Part shown: positions 28,472-41,534 of the stretch, piece after piece
Position numbering within the stretch: the first letter of the stretch is position 1
Layout of the letters: each line of letters opens with the position of its first letter
Origin: Bigelowiella natans CCMP2755
Taxonomy: Eukaryota > Protista > Cercozoa
Reading direction: 5' to 3'
NCBI GenBank assembly: GCA_000320545.1
Contig: ADNK01001280.1
Coordinates: forward strand, 14,139-78,138
Length of the DNA stretch: 64,000 nt
The notes under the pieces: generated by a model
What the model was told of the DNA's origin: nothing
What the model saw: only the letters and a program-made list of their open reading frames with translations
Databases searched by the model: none
Position numbers and translations under genes: made by a program

Positions 28472-30150
28472 GCGAAACGTAGAAGCTACATAGGAGACTA
28501 CTTGAAGATTATGTGTAGGACGCATGCCATACGTTGGCTACCTAGCTACGGCGAGCTAGCTTCATCACCTGGCATGTGTGAGATTGACATTGATCAAGCC
28601 ACATCTGATAGCAGCATGATTGGCATATCTGGACTAGCTAGTGGAGCACAATGAGCAGCCCATCTGCTAGCCCTACTGCCTACTAGCCTAGCTACTAGCC
28701 TAGCAGCAGATAGCTAGATGTAGACCTAGAGACGGCAATTGCGACGTGGCCGCGCGCCTCGCTCAGCTAGCAGCATTGTCATTGCGTCGTACGCACGACT
28801 GCGCGATGCAGCATCTAGCATCGTGATTGCACAAATCTGTCTGGAGCTATGACTGCATGCACAGTGCCGCAGCTTTCTCTCCAGTACGTCATCATGTGCG
28901 TCAGAGCGCGTAGTGAAACACATCATGCACAGTCGAGGGTGCCTTCATTTGGTCATGCAGCGCTAGAGCGTGGACAAGTGAACACATCTCCATCTCTAGA
29001 TCTAGCCATGCTAGCATGCACAACGAGCGTCCGACGTCCTGGATGTTGATGTTGACACTAGGACAGTCTAGCAGCAGCACGACGCATCTTACGCAGGCCA
29101 CGATGCAGCCACGGCCACCACAGCCAGGCTAGCAGGCCCGGCTAGCCGGGCGTGATCTGCAATCCCGGATTTTCGTTGCAAAATCCATTTTGCGATAATA
29201 GACACAGCAATACACTATATATATTATATATATTGTGTATATTGTGTATTGCATGTCTATCATTGCGCGCGCATGCGTTCAAATTGCTTTCACATGCACA
29301 TTGTGTCTGAACGCGATGTCGGTCATGCATGGGACCTTTTCGTTGCAAATTCCATGGTCATGCACGAAACGAATTGCGTTCAAATTTTTGTGACACCTCT
29401 CGGTTTTGTTTCCACATTTGTTCAACATTGGCACGAAATTCGTCCTTTCAATGTACGTCAAAACCTCAAAAAACCATGTTTTGACCACATTGTGTCGAAA
29501 ATGTGGATTTTTGCAGCCCACAACCCACTTGTCACGTGTTTGTGGTCACATGCACGCGCTGTGCTGCGCTTGCTAGTCGCCTGCGAGCTCGCATTTGCAA
29601 ATTCGGACATCCTGATCACGCCAGGCGGGCCTGGCTGTCTAGCTGTGGTGGCCGTGAGCGCTGTGACATTGAATCTGTTTGCACACTGTTGGTCAAACTT
29701 CCGCTGTGATGTGTTTCATGTGCAATCAAGCACATCTTGTTTCAAGTCTGAAATGTCATGCACGCGTTGTTTCGCGCAGCAGTTCGGCGTGTTTCCGCAA
29801 AACTTCCTTCTCATCACAACATGCATGTCAATGATCTTTTTAGCTTTTCATTTCGTCGTCGTGCGCATCACTGCAGCGGTGAGCTGGTTCCTCAAGTGAC
29901 GTTGATGTGTGGTGTGCAGTCAATTGTGGGCAGCAAAGCAGGTGATCCACGTTTTCGATGACGTTACACACGTCGCATCGTGCTTTAGCTAGTGCAGGGT
30001 CAGTCTAGCAGTGCACAGTCATGTACTTATGTGATTTAAATGACAATCTATCTGCTACACTACGGCCCTAGATTGCTACCACATCATAGTCATGCATACA
30101 TTCCACAAAAAGAAGTGATAATCAAATCGCCTTGCGCCTTGCGCGCACGG
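28400..30150. other. Palindrome-rich, largely TpA-depleted island between convergent rps16 and rps20
   Basis: Dense GCTAGC/ATGCAT/CGCG motifs. 29251-29983 has only about 3 non-CTAG TA. TA-rich remnants remain at 28440-28720 and 29195-29250. Confidence 0.8.
29133..29633. mobile_element. Possible degenerate MITE / non-autonomous DNA transposon
   Basis: The left end CAGGCCCG..GGCGTGATC..CCGGATTT..TGCAA is an imperfect inverted match to the right end TTGCAAATTCGG..GATCACGCCAGGCGGGCCTG. No clear TSD. Confidence 0.4.
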
Positions 30151-30335
30151 TGTCAATGGGTACATGGCTATTTTTTAAATTGTGACACCAATCGATAACA
30201 TATTCAATGAAAGTAATTCATTTGTGCGAAAACAATCGTAAATTGTCCACAATTTAAATCTGCAATGTAGCAATATGTCTTGATAATTCCTGGTTTAGGT
30301 AGTCATTTTCTCCGTCATTTTGTGAGAAGTGATGC

Positions 30336-31009
30336 TCATGCAGATTGCGGTGCTGCCTCGGGGGAATATAAACCATTTTCGATTAGGAGTTTCTTCCTCC
30401 AGGTTGCAATTCGAGACTTTTGTCTCGCACCAGTGTTCTTCTTCATCACACCTTTTGTAATTGCCTTATCGATTTCCTTGTAAGCCTCAGACATAAGTTT
30501 ATCAGATGCTTGAAGATCAGCCTCGTTAGAAATTCCTCCTTTCTTAGCTTCGTCGATCGCTCGTAGGGCCTAATATGCAAAGATCGCAACATAAATTTGA
30601 TTTTATATTTGAAATACACAAATTTTATATCTTCAATAATAATTGCTGTAGTTTATACCTTTTTCGTCCTTGTTTTCACAGCTGATTTGATTGCTTTATT
30701 GTAAATCCTATGTCTTTCACCCTGTCGGTCCCTTTTTCGGAGCTTTGCTTCTGGTACCCAAACCATTTGTCTAGTGCTCGTTTGCAAAAATGGTGAAATA
30801 GCAATAGGTTGTGCAAAGGACGCACTGTTTGCTCGCCCTGTCAAGCCTAACGAGAGGGATTCAGACTCTGCAAAAGCTCCTGTAACCCCCCTGTAGCACA
30901 AGACCAATCCCAGCATTACGATGGCACCCATACAAAACTCCTTCAGGAAAGCAATCCGAGTTTCGGACCGCCGGGAAGCTGCCTTATCAATAATTTGAGA
31001 AACCTCCAT
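30336..31009 (-). CDS. rps20: Plastid-targeted ribosomal protein S20 with bipartite-looking presequence, one intron ~30570-30658
   Basis: KRDRQGERHRIYNKAIKSAVKTRTKK is spliced to ...SEAYKEIDKAITKGVMKKNTGARQKSRIA. The ~85-aa N-terminal extension has a hydrophobic segment followed by an S/A-rich segment. Confidence 0.92.
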
Positions 31010-31748
31010 GTCCTCTTCTGAATTTTAGGTGGTACATCGTGATAATTCATACGAAATTCATACATACTACCCCCCTTTATAGAGTACGCGCAAGATCGTT
31101 TGGCACGATGAGGAACAACAGCCAAAATATGTATGAAACAGCATGTTGATATTGACTCATATAGTGTACGTATTTCCTTCACTTTGATCAAATCAAAGGG
31201 GGAGAGGAATTGGGCGAGACCACGTGCGCAGAGGCTAGACACCATACCTTGCAGCTTGGGCTGTTAAGATTTATGAAACACCAAAGTAAAACAAATAAGT
31301 ATTAAATTTACTATATTTTATCACCAGTGTCGACCTTATTGATGTCGTAATGGTTTATTTCCCCAATACCTTCTGAGGATTAAAAGACAAATGAAAGGAA
31401 TGTTGAGCCGAAATAATAAACTTCTTACAGCCGATTGTCTTTGCCGGGTAATAACAAAAAACTCCCGGTACAGATGACCACATCCTCGGATTTAAAACAT
31501 TGGGGTTTTATTCGAATAGTTTGTTGATTTAGTCTGGAAAAAGATAAAATGTAGGATGAAATGCAAAATATGTAAAGCGGGGAAGGGTTTGCACTTACGA
31601 CTCAGATTGTATGTGCTCAACAATGATGTTAATAAAGAGCAGTTATTTATTTATTGCAAGTATTTTGAAGTCGTACATATAGATTATAATACTTTTTTAA
31701 TTACTTGAGCAAACTGAAAGAATATTTAGTTCGTACTTATCGGACCAA

Positions 31749-33184
31749 ATGGCAACAGCTCGCAACCTCGCCATGTAAGATCGATGAGAAAAAGCTTGTG
31801 TTTAAGCTGGAAATAACGAATGGAAGTAATTATTATAATCGCCCGCTAGGTCTAAGTGACACTATTCCCCACAACACACGGATCGAGAGCCTGTTACGGA
31901 AGAAATTATATCGAGACCCATGCCTTCGAACACATGCATAGAAGTCATCAGTTTGCTTGAAGATTCTCCTCAACGCTTCAAAAAGCGTAAGCGAAACCTG
32001 AAGGAAGAAAAATCGGCACTGCACGACATTGGGACGAATCACATGGACGAAACTGAGCGAACTGGGTCCAAATTTAGTTCAATTTCTTCCTCAAGTTTCA
32101 AGGAAGCACGAAAATTTTCGATGGCAAACTCCTCCTCGGGCTCCAATTTTGAATCGGATACTTACGGCAAACTCGATACTGATCTTTCGAGTATGCTTGG
32201 TAAAATGAAAGCACAAAAGATGCGACAGGGTATCAGGGAAAGAATTGAAGCGAAGTATGGAACTGGGTACAGTAAATATCTAATTCACCATCCTATTCGA
32301 CCCTTACATTTGATTCTGAAACAATTTTTTTGTATAGAAGAAGTCGCGAGAAGATGGAAGAGTTAAGCTGTGAGCAATGTCGCTGCGCATTAGAGCAGTG
32401 CTATGAGAATTTAGATGATGAAGTTGCAAAATTGACGAATCAACTTCAAAATTCGTTTATACCTGAGAAAGAATTGGATCAGAAACGAATCCAACTTATA
32501 GAAGAGCAACACAGAATCTACGAGGCGTTTGCAATTGATGCGAGATTAAAGGAGTTAGCGAGGTCTTGTAAACTTAAATTGAACCTCCGCAGTATGGACT
32601 CGTCATTCTCTTTAAATTGATATCAGGTACTGGAAAAAATTCGTGAATATTGTTGAGGAAAGTTTTGGCGATCTAAAAATCATGTCATTTGAGACTTCCA
32701 CAAGGGTAATTTGTTTTTTGCGTGAGTTTCCGGCGTATAATTTCTCCTTTACTCAAATTCATAGATGGCAAGGCAAAGAATGAAGACAATGAATAACGAA
32801 ATTGAAAGTCTCAAGTTCATAATCGATCAGCTGAAACAAGACCTGAAACGTAGAGATACGGAGGAGAAGGTTGATTACACATATCAAATGAACCTCAGAA
32901 GTTGAATGTACAATTTGTTTTCAAAGTCTCTTGGAAATCGTCTGGTTGAAATTCGGAGCAAACAAAATGAAATCGGAAAAAAGGCGGCGAAAGTTTCCAT
33001 TTCAGACGGTGCAGAGGAGGAAGAGTGCAGGATTTGCGTGGATAACCCAAAGAATACGGCTTTGTCATGTGGGCACAAAATGTGTCGAAATTGTTTAAGA
33101 AGCCTTCATTTAAGAAACATAAGCACCTGTCCATTCTGCCAAGCAGAGATCGAGTTTACCATTTTCCTTAAGGATGTTATCTAA
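31749..33184 (+). CDS. Coiled-coil protein with C-terminal C3HC4 RING finger (putative E3 ligase), multi-exon
   Basis: CRICVDNPKNTALSCGHKMCRNCLRSLHLRNISTCPFC at the C-terminus, with short GT-AG introns upstream. Confidence 0.8.
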
Positions 33185-33459
33185 TGAATACATGTTATTT
33201 GAATACAAAATAAACAACAAAATTTTGAGCGTTGAGTGCAACCTACCCGCCTTCTCGGGCCGAATACACATAAGATAGGACACATTACAAGAACATATTT
33301 GTAGTAAGCTAATCTGTATACATCGCGTTTAGTCGCACGGTTTTCTCTAGGGGGTGCTGAGTCACATGGCGTATTGAACAAGCTGCTGCTAAAATTAAGG
33401 TTGTAGCGGCATGAGCATTTCAAAACAAATCCGTTTCTAGTTTTTTATTTTCACAGCCT

Positions 33460-34200
33460 CTAATGCAGCATCGCATGTAATATGCCGGACTACTATACGA
33501 TATTAGTATATATTAGCGTATACGCAACGCGATGCAACACGAGCTAGAATGATTGACTGCAAAGTTCGGCGTTCTAGCTTTATTGGGGTTGTGTTCTCCC
33601 AAGCAAATTACGCAGCAGTGGGCATTGCAATACAGCTAGACAGGATACGCATGCATGCATGATTCATTGACTGTTAGCTATGCCGGTATGCGTCGCGCTA
33701 GTATCTAGCTAGCTAGATAGACAATACGTATTTGTAATATATATGTGCAAAATCTTATACTAGAATGAATAGATATGTCACCATGGTCGAATGATGACAT
33801 AATGATGATGATATCAGATAAGCGCTTGTATTGCATCTCATGTACGATGTTAGCACACCAATTTGCTGAAATGTAATCGTTCATGCGTACGACTGCTGTG
33901 GCGGCGCGCAGATTTACTTAAATGTGCATCATGACATGCACAGCCACACTTGCTAGCTTCTGAGCGAGCATGCGTGTGGACACATTCATCCGCAAACTTG
34001 ACATCTTGACATGCGTCATTGTGACACACTAGCACATGTAGATGTGTGGCTAGCTAGCGTAGCACATGCCACATCACAAGGCTACACGCAGTCCGTGCAC
34101 TCCTTGCTAGACTAGAGTAGGCTCTAGTACGTGCATAGGCGCAAACACACACAGGCTCTAGTCTAGATTAGTTACTCACACACAAACTTTAAGACTGCAA
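33460..34200. other. Palindrome-rich island between convergent genes; the left part is TA-rich and the right part partly TA-depleted
   Basis: ctagctagctag, gcatgcatgc and tatata motifs, grading into tgtg/caca/catg-rich sequence after ~33870. Confidence 0.65.
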
Positions 34201-34345
34201 TATATATTATGGGTAATTTCGAAGAGCAGTAGCGGCAGTTACCTATCGCTACGATGAGTGTCGTACGTCTACGCCGGAGCATCAATGTACGACGACGACG
34301 GTGATGACGAAAATGTCAAAGTTTACATCGATCGTTCATAATCCA

Positions 34346-35009
34346 TTATGACGTGATATCTGGTTTCATGTATACAGCTAAAGATGAAAGACCGAATAAA
34401 GCTTGGTCTGTACGTAAATTTGACCCAAATGTCACTTTCATCGAAGGACTGGAGTGAGGTATTGTTACATCGATTGGCACCGAAAATTTGGAATCTGGAT
34501 ATCGAACTTTACCACAAATGTTCATCAATTGGTTACTATTTCGCTCTGTGTGAGACTGAGTCCACACTATGCTGCCATCCACCTGAAGATGAATATTACA
34601 TGACTTTATTGCATGACATTTCATCTTGAAAGCTTTTGTTATAGAAGTTTATATCTGTGCAGTATTGCCAGTACCAAATCCTGTCGCTGCTTCGGCTTGA
34701 TAATAGCTATCGTTATGTACATCGTAGTACTAGGAGGAGGAGTAGTGTACCTTAAGATAAGCTGTTTCTCCTTGCCAATCGTCTACAAAATGGACTGTAG
34801 CAACTAGTCGAATCTGGTAGCAATAAGGGAAGAGATATGGAGGAGATGAAGAAATGGAGGGGAAGAAACATTTCCAACATAGCTTTCAGAGATAGAAAGA
34901 GAAATAATATTAATTACTTTGCTTCTAGCAAAATAAGCCAAATCATATTTATGTAATTATCTTTCAATATATACATGTCCATGACACAAACACACACAAA
35001 CACACGAAC

Positions 35010-35052
<43 letters not shown>

Positions 35053-35284
35053 TGATTGTATACACACGAGATCATTAGGATAATATTTTAGTTGTAGGAA
35101 ACAATACCATTTCATGGTGCCTAGGAATAGCAAATGTCCTGCTAAATGTGAGGTCATCTTCTCGATGCTGAAGCGAGAACTCTTCTTCTTCATCATCTTC
35201 CGATTTAACAGTCGGATATTTCGTTAAGATCGTTACACCCCCGCACGACATGTGATGATTGAGAGACCAACCAGTTGGCTAGCA

Positions 35285-35317
<33 letters not shown>

Positions 35318-36512
35318 TGAAGAGAAAAGAAAAAGAGAAATCCTGGAACTGAGCGAGCGATTTGAGATTATGACTAGGCAATCGATGGTGGAAAATAAGT
35401 TCTTTGTACCAATCTTCTAATTAATGTGTGGGTTTTTGTGACCACTTTCTTACCTGGCTAGGTGTGAATATTTCATGAGCAAGCAAAGCCCATTGGGGCA
35501 CGCCTCTCACCTCCCAGCTTGAGACAGACATACCCTAAGCGTGGAGGACATTGTTGTTCGTACACTCACTTTATGCGAATTTAAGATTAAAACTCTATCA
35601 TCTTGTTCAATTGCATTATTTACACCTGCGCAGAAAATCTCGAAGAGTGTATCATTATGTGTCCAAGGCGGTCAACGTCTAAGAGATTCTGTTTGTATAG
35701 AAATGGGTAAGAAAGTTTAGTGACCCTCTTTTATCATTATGTACTCAAACTCTTATTCTATGTTGACCTTTTCATCTAGAAGAATCTCAAATTTTCCACT
35801 CGGAGAGACACCAATGCTGTACACAGAAGATCCAGCTCCCAGTCGGACTTGTGCGGACTGCCCATTCAACGCCTGCAGGCTTAGCTTCGAAGACATGTGG
35901 GGGGGAGGATGAGAAGACGGAGGATGATCCTCTGGAGATGGAGATGCAAAGCGCTTATGGTAGTATTGAGAATTATCAAGATGATGGTGGGTATCACTAC
36001 TAATTCTACTACGGTATTTCCCATCCTCATTGTCATTTTGTTCGTCGTCATCACCGTTCAACCAAGACGTTGCATGAGCATGTGGAAATTTTCCGCTGTG
36101 AAACTGAGGATCAAGTACTGGAGTGCTGCTATGAATAGTGTCACTACGATCGTTTTTCAAGCTATTTGCAATGTTATTGTCGGGAACCCCATATGAACGT
36201 GCAAGTGGAGATTTGCTAGGATGAGAAGCATTATGGAATGGGATATCATCGGAATCGTGCACATTCTCCCGCTTCTGCTGCTGTTGCCCATCTGCCGATC
36301 AGAACCCATTTTAGAAGGGGGTCATAGAAAGGAGGGAGGGAGGGAGGGAGGGAGGGAGGGAGGAAGAGCGGGGGGGGATGGGGGCATTCAAGGTCACCTG
36401 CTGATTCTTCTTCTCCAAGGTGAGTGGCTGCTGTAGTAGCAACCACCACACCTAGGAGGTAGATCCATACAAAGATGAAGACGGCCTTACTTTTCTGATG
36501 ATGCACCATCAT
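34346..36512 (-). CDS. Secreted protein of unknown function (signal peptide, low-complexity linker, beta-rich C-terminal domain), multi-exon
   Basis: N-terminal AVFIFVWIYLLGVVVA. C-terminal exons read HFVDDWQGETAYLK and VDGSIVWTQSH...NICG...IDVTIPHS...VTFGSNL. Confidence 0.6.
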
Positions 36513-36888
36513 TGTTCATTGAGCAGTCATTCCAGCGAATTATTGGTCTATTCGTGATAATATCTATCCTTCCAAAGGCTTCTGCTTGAGTCGATCGGTG
36601 TCTTCTTATTCTTATTCTTCTCCTTGTTCTTCTTCTTCTTTGTGTACTATCCTAAGTCAGTCAATGGTGTGTCTCGTCCCTTATCCTATTCCTCTGCTTC
36701 GGCTGATACTGCTGCCACCACTACTCAGCAGATTTGAATTTTTGAAACCAGATGATGATGAGGATGGTGACTACCGGTAGTATCATCTTTTGTTATGGTA
36801 ATTCCTGATATTTCACCATTGCGACAACTACGTCTATTGTCGCAGTCGATGTCAGTTTCATATTAAGGTCTGCGAGTAGATTTTTCTA

Positions 36889-37096
36889 AAGAATTTGGAT
36901 CATTCGATGTTTTATCCTCCTTCTCCTCTAGTTGTTTTTGGATGAATTTTTAAACTGAATAACATGCATGCATCTCAATTTACTCCTAACTAAGAATTTG
37001 GATCATTCGATGTTTTATCCTCCTTCTCCTCTAGTTGTTTTTGGATGAATTTTTAAACTAAATAACAGGTATGCATCCCAGTTAACTCCAAACTAA
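36889..37096. repeat. Two-copy 103-bp tandem duplication in a divergent promoter region
   Basis: aagaatttggatcattcgatgttttatcctcc... occurs at 36889 and 36992. The first ~75 nt are identical. Confidence 0.92.
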
Positions 37097-37276
37097 TAAA
37101 ACGACGACGACGACGACGACGACGCCCATTGGCAGGAGCAGCAGCAGTTCGTAGCAGCAGTTGATAATAATCGATAATCTACTGCTTCGTCTACTACGTA
37201 CGTGTGTTGCTTCGTGAGGACAAGGAAAAGGAAAACTCCATTCTTGAAGCAGTATTCTGTATTCTGGAGACAGAAC

Positions 37277-38737
37277 ATGGCAGCAAGAACCATAGCAGAA
37301 GTCGGAATTAACCGGCAATTGATCTCTGCTTCCCATTCTCCTTACTCTATGCTTGCTTCTCAACGCTCGAGCAGGGGGCTTAAATACCAAGCTCATCGTT
37401 ATCATCGTCGGTTTTTCACTCGAAGAACAGTCCGTTCGATACCTGGAAGTAGTAATAAACAGTGGATAGTGACAGCAGGAATGATATGTTCGGCGCTGAC
37501 CACTGCTACTCTAGCCAATGGATGGACATTGGGAAAGATAGGATCGCAGCATCTACTCCTACACCCATTCGCTGAACTTAAGGCACATGCTTCCCGATCT
37601 ACTGATGATTGCGGTTTAAATACTAGCCAAACTCCGAAAAAAATTGTCCTCGCATCACAATCTCCACGAAGGTATTTATTTATCTTGGTTAAACTTGTGG
37701 GGTTGCAGTTAGGAACTAAGCCTTGTCTTGGTGAAATAGGCGTGAACTGTTATCTGCTTTAGGATTTGACTTTGAAGTTCGCTCCCAGGTGAAAAACACC
37801 AGCCAACAGCCATGAATCTAATTGAAGCTACAAATCTTGAAGTGGAGTGTATGGACATGATGTTAGAATGTAGACGAGACTGTAGATCCTGGATTTCCTG
37901 CTCGGGAAGTTGCTCTCCACCTTGCGCGAAAGAAGGCCGCGGCAGCTGTTCCGAATGTGTGTGGTCGAAATATCGTCAAGGACTAATACCCCAATACAAA
38001 ATTTTATAAATCCTTTTTTTGCTTTGTAGTTGCGCCCTGGGGAAATCATTGTAGCTGCCGACACTATTGTTCTCTTAGATGTGCGTCACTTTAAAAGCTC
38101 TTCATAAGAAGGAGTGCATATGAAATTTAAACACTATTTCTCAGAATAAAGTTTTGGGCAAACCAACTGACCGAGCTGATGCGATTTCAACTCTAATGAA
38201 GTTGTCAGGTGTGTTCGATGCAACCAGATATCAGTGTTGCTTATTTACGGGAAATATTTTACCGTGATATGCTTACTGATCAACAGGCAGATCTCATGAA
38301 GTCGTCACCGGAGTATGCGTGACAGATGAACATGGAAAATCCGAAGCGTTTGAAGACGTTGCACTTGTTACATTTAGAAATCTTCAAAAGGTATCTTTTC
38401 CCATTGAGTTGAGTGATGAAGAGTACGTATTGATGAGCATTATTCTTCATAATTTCAGTGGGAGATTGAGCACTACGTAGACAACTACAAGCCCTTCGAC
38501 AAAGCGGGTATTAGACTCATGTTCATACGTGCTCAAGATTTTTTTTGATCGCTTGATACTTTGTCTATGCTAGGGTCATATGGAATTCAAGATTGGATAG
38601 GAATGGCAGCAGTCACCCAGTTAAATGGATCTTACTTCACGGTGATGGGTCTTCCAGTTCACAAACTTTATCAGGTACTGACTCATAATTTTAGTGTCCC
38701 GATGATTATTACAAATATTAAGAAAAATGATGAGTAG
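37277..38737 (+). CDS. maf: Maf-family nucleoside triphosphate pyrophosphatase with N-terminal extension, multi-exon
   Basis: KIVLASQSPRR, LARKKAAAV, IIVAADTIV, VLGKP, YKPFDKAGSYGIQDWIG and GSYFTVMGLPVHKLYQ. Confidence 0.9.
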
Positions 38738-38919
38738 AAGACTTGCCTTACTACTAAAAGCGGATTCTGAAGTCACATAGCTTCATGCTTGAGTTTGTGG
38801 CGGCTACGATGCTTCCACCAGCAATTAGTTAAGATCTTTAGCTATGGTAGCTGTGTGATTGACACAAAAGCAAATATGTGTTTCAGTTTCGATCTCGTCA
38901 TTTTTTCTAGTTTTCTCGT

Positions 38920-39540
38920 ACATGGTCGTGTATGTGCACCGCACATCACTATGGTGATACGCTAGCACATGTAGCTATATATATAGCGCCACATGCGATG
39001 TACGTGCTTGCGTGGCTAGCTGCTGTGCGGGTTAATAAGTGTATGTATCTTCTATAATGCAATAATGTTTTGCCCACCCGCGCTATTAAGCTATGTATGT
39101 TTTGAATTCGCGTAGCAGCATATTGGTATCGTGCTTGCATTGTGGCTAGGACCGCGCACACTACTAGCAGGGCGGCCACGTGCGTGCCAACATATAAACA
39201 ACGTAACGCTATAGCACTTATATAGGTGTGTCGCACAGCCGCATGCAAACATCGCGCGCGCAGGACTAGCTAGCTAGAGGAGTGCGTGCATGGCCCGTCG
39301 TCGTGGTGACCGTCTCGTTGCTCACGCCTACTAATATGTACTAGTAGTATATACTGCTTATACTGCTGCATGTAATGTGCCAATAATGGATGGATCGGAG
39401 TAACCTGCTAGCTACATAGTCAAGTCATGGCGATGATGCGTTCGATACGATGTGCTAATTAGCTAGGCTACATGTGTAAGTAGCGCGGGCTTAATAAAGA
39501 GCTATGCCTTTAAATGATCGTATCGTAAAGTGCAGCATGC
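38920..39540. other. Palindrome-rich island between convergent Maf and U2A' that still retains TpA
   Basis: gctagc, tagctatatatatagc, actagctagctag, tactagtagtatatac and gcgcgcg, with many non-CTAG TA. Confidence 0.65.
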
Positions 39541-39751
39541 AACTCCATTCGATGAAATAATGCAGGAATGTCAAGAAGCACAGATGCGCGCTCGCCTGTC
39601 TGCCGTCGGCGGACAGTTATATATGAAGTCGTATCTCTTAGATGTTGTTGCAATTTTTCGTTTTAATTCAGTCAACTTCAATGACATCCACATTCAAACT
39701 GGGGATTGTATTTCTAAGTCACTTTCCCTACAATGACTCGAGGCATCTTAA

Positions 39752-41106
39752 TCAAACTGGCACCTCTCCAGCTGCGAGTTGCTGTTCCAGTCTATCGAGC
39801 TCATCTGCGCTAGTTGCTTTCTGGATAGCTTCCAGAATCTTTTTCTGATTGAGGATATTATAAAGCGTGAAGTGGGTATATTTTCATTCATCCAGTCAAT
39901 TATTTATTTTAAGAAGGGTGCCACCTTTTCTTCCGCAGTCATCTTTCTCTTCTTAATCACTCCCGGCGTGAAAGAATTGTCCTCATCGTCCATCGCTTTC
40001 GATTCCTTTGAGTCCCCACCAAACAGCTTCTCGGCAGCCTGTCTTTCTTTAGGCTTCACTTTTTCGAAATCCAGTACTTTCAGCTTTGGCAACTGAATAA
40101 ATAACAATTTAGCACCATGAGGAATTACTATATGTTCATAAGAGGCTGTTCTATAGAACTGACATTTAATCCTACTTAATAGTGTAGACACAGTTCACCA
40201 CATAAGATCTCACGCGTTGATGCACCATAAAAGTTCTGTAATGACTGACATGTCTTGCCCACAAATTGATTCATTATAAATGATGATAAAGGCATCACAA
40301 CTCCTTGTGCTGATGATCATTAGATCACTCATTCTATGTAAGATTGAGATCATAATATTTATAGACATCCTGATTTGTCCTAGATTTTCTACCTTATTTA
40401 TGACATAGTAACGATAATGCCGATGTTTAACAATTGGATTTCCGGACAAGCTCACACGTTTGAGAGTGGGAATATCCCCCAATGGGGCAAGTTCTTCTAA
40501 TTTACCAATCTACCAACACAAATATGGTGATAATTAATTCATTGAGTTCATTGTCAGAACCTATGCACTTACTTTGTTATTTGCTAAGATCAAGTTTTCC
40601 AACTTAGGCAGGAGCTGACCGAGGCCTCTAGCAAGCTATACCAATAAAAGTAAAATTACAAGGATTTTAGGAGAACGGTGAAATACAATTCACCTGTGTG
40701 ATTTTATTGTTGTTTGCCACTAGGGTTTCCAATCTTTTCAGAAGCGGAAAGTTCGATATATGTTCTAGCTCATTGTCGGATAGGTCCAGAAATTGATAGT
40801 GATCTTGCGTCACCTAATTTGTTACATCTGAATCTAAACGGCGAATTTTGAAGATGCAATATAAATATTAATATTAGTAACTATTGGGACATGTAGAATG
40901 TGAGTAGTTTATAATATTTAGTTCGGAACATTACCCCGAGGTTCTCGATCAAGGGTATTTTGAAGCCTCGTAAATTGAGCTCCCGCTCCCCAAGGGGATT
41001 CATGTAAGCAGGTGCATTACGCACAAGCTCTGCTGTGAGCCTGAAACAATCGAAATGGTAATAAGGGACATTTTTGGAAGAGTAATATTTATATAATTTA
41101 CCTCAT
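39752..41106 (-). CDS. SNRPA1: U2 snRNP A' protein, multi-exon
   Basis: MRLTAELVRNAPAYMNPLGERELNLRGFKIPLIENLG, LDLSDNEL, LSGNPIVKHRHYRYYVINK and LPKLKVLDFEKVKPKERQAAEKLF. Confidence 0.95.
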
Positions 41107-41534
41107 CAATACAGGAAGAGGAAGGCGCGTGGAGCTGTAGAGTAAGCAAGCGGGAGCGGAGGAGGACGACAGCGGAGTGCGCCAGAGTTTGGCCCGAATT
41201 TGTTTATACTATCTCTGGAGGATCTCCACTTCGATATTTTTCGGGATTACGATATTTTATTTTGAAGAAATCTAAAACTCGCAAATCCAGTGAGTTCTGT
41301 TTTTTCGCGCGGGCTGATCTCAGACATTTGAAGTTCTTGTCGGAAGGATGTATAAACCGCAGGAGTATAAATATCCTTAGATTATTATAGCCGTCAATGA
41401 ATATATTTTGACGGTAGACCTAAAAAAGGTCATTCTTGATACGCATTTCAGCAAATTTTATATCTTGGGCCCGCACTTCCTGCTGCTCCTTCCCACCACG
41501 CAGAAACCACTTCTTCCCCCCGGAATCAACTGAT
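41107..41534. promoter_or_regulatory. Putative bidirectional promoter between head-to-head SNRPA1 and CCT5
   Basis: About 430 bp separate the divergent start codons. No specific element was identified. Confidence 0.45.
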
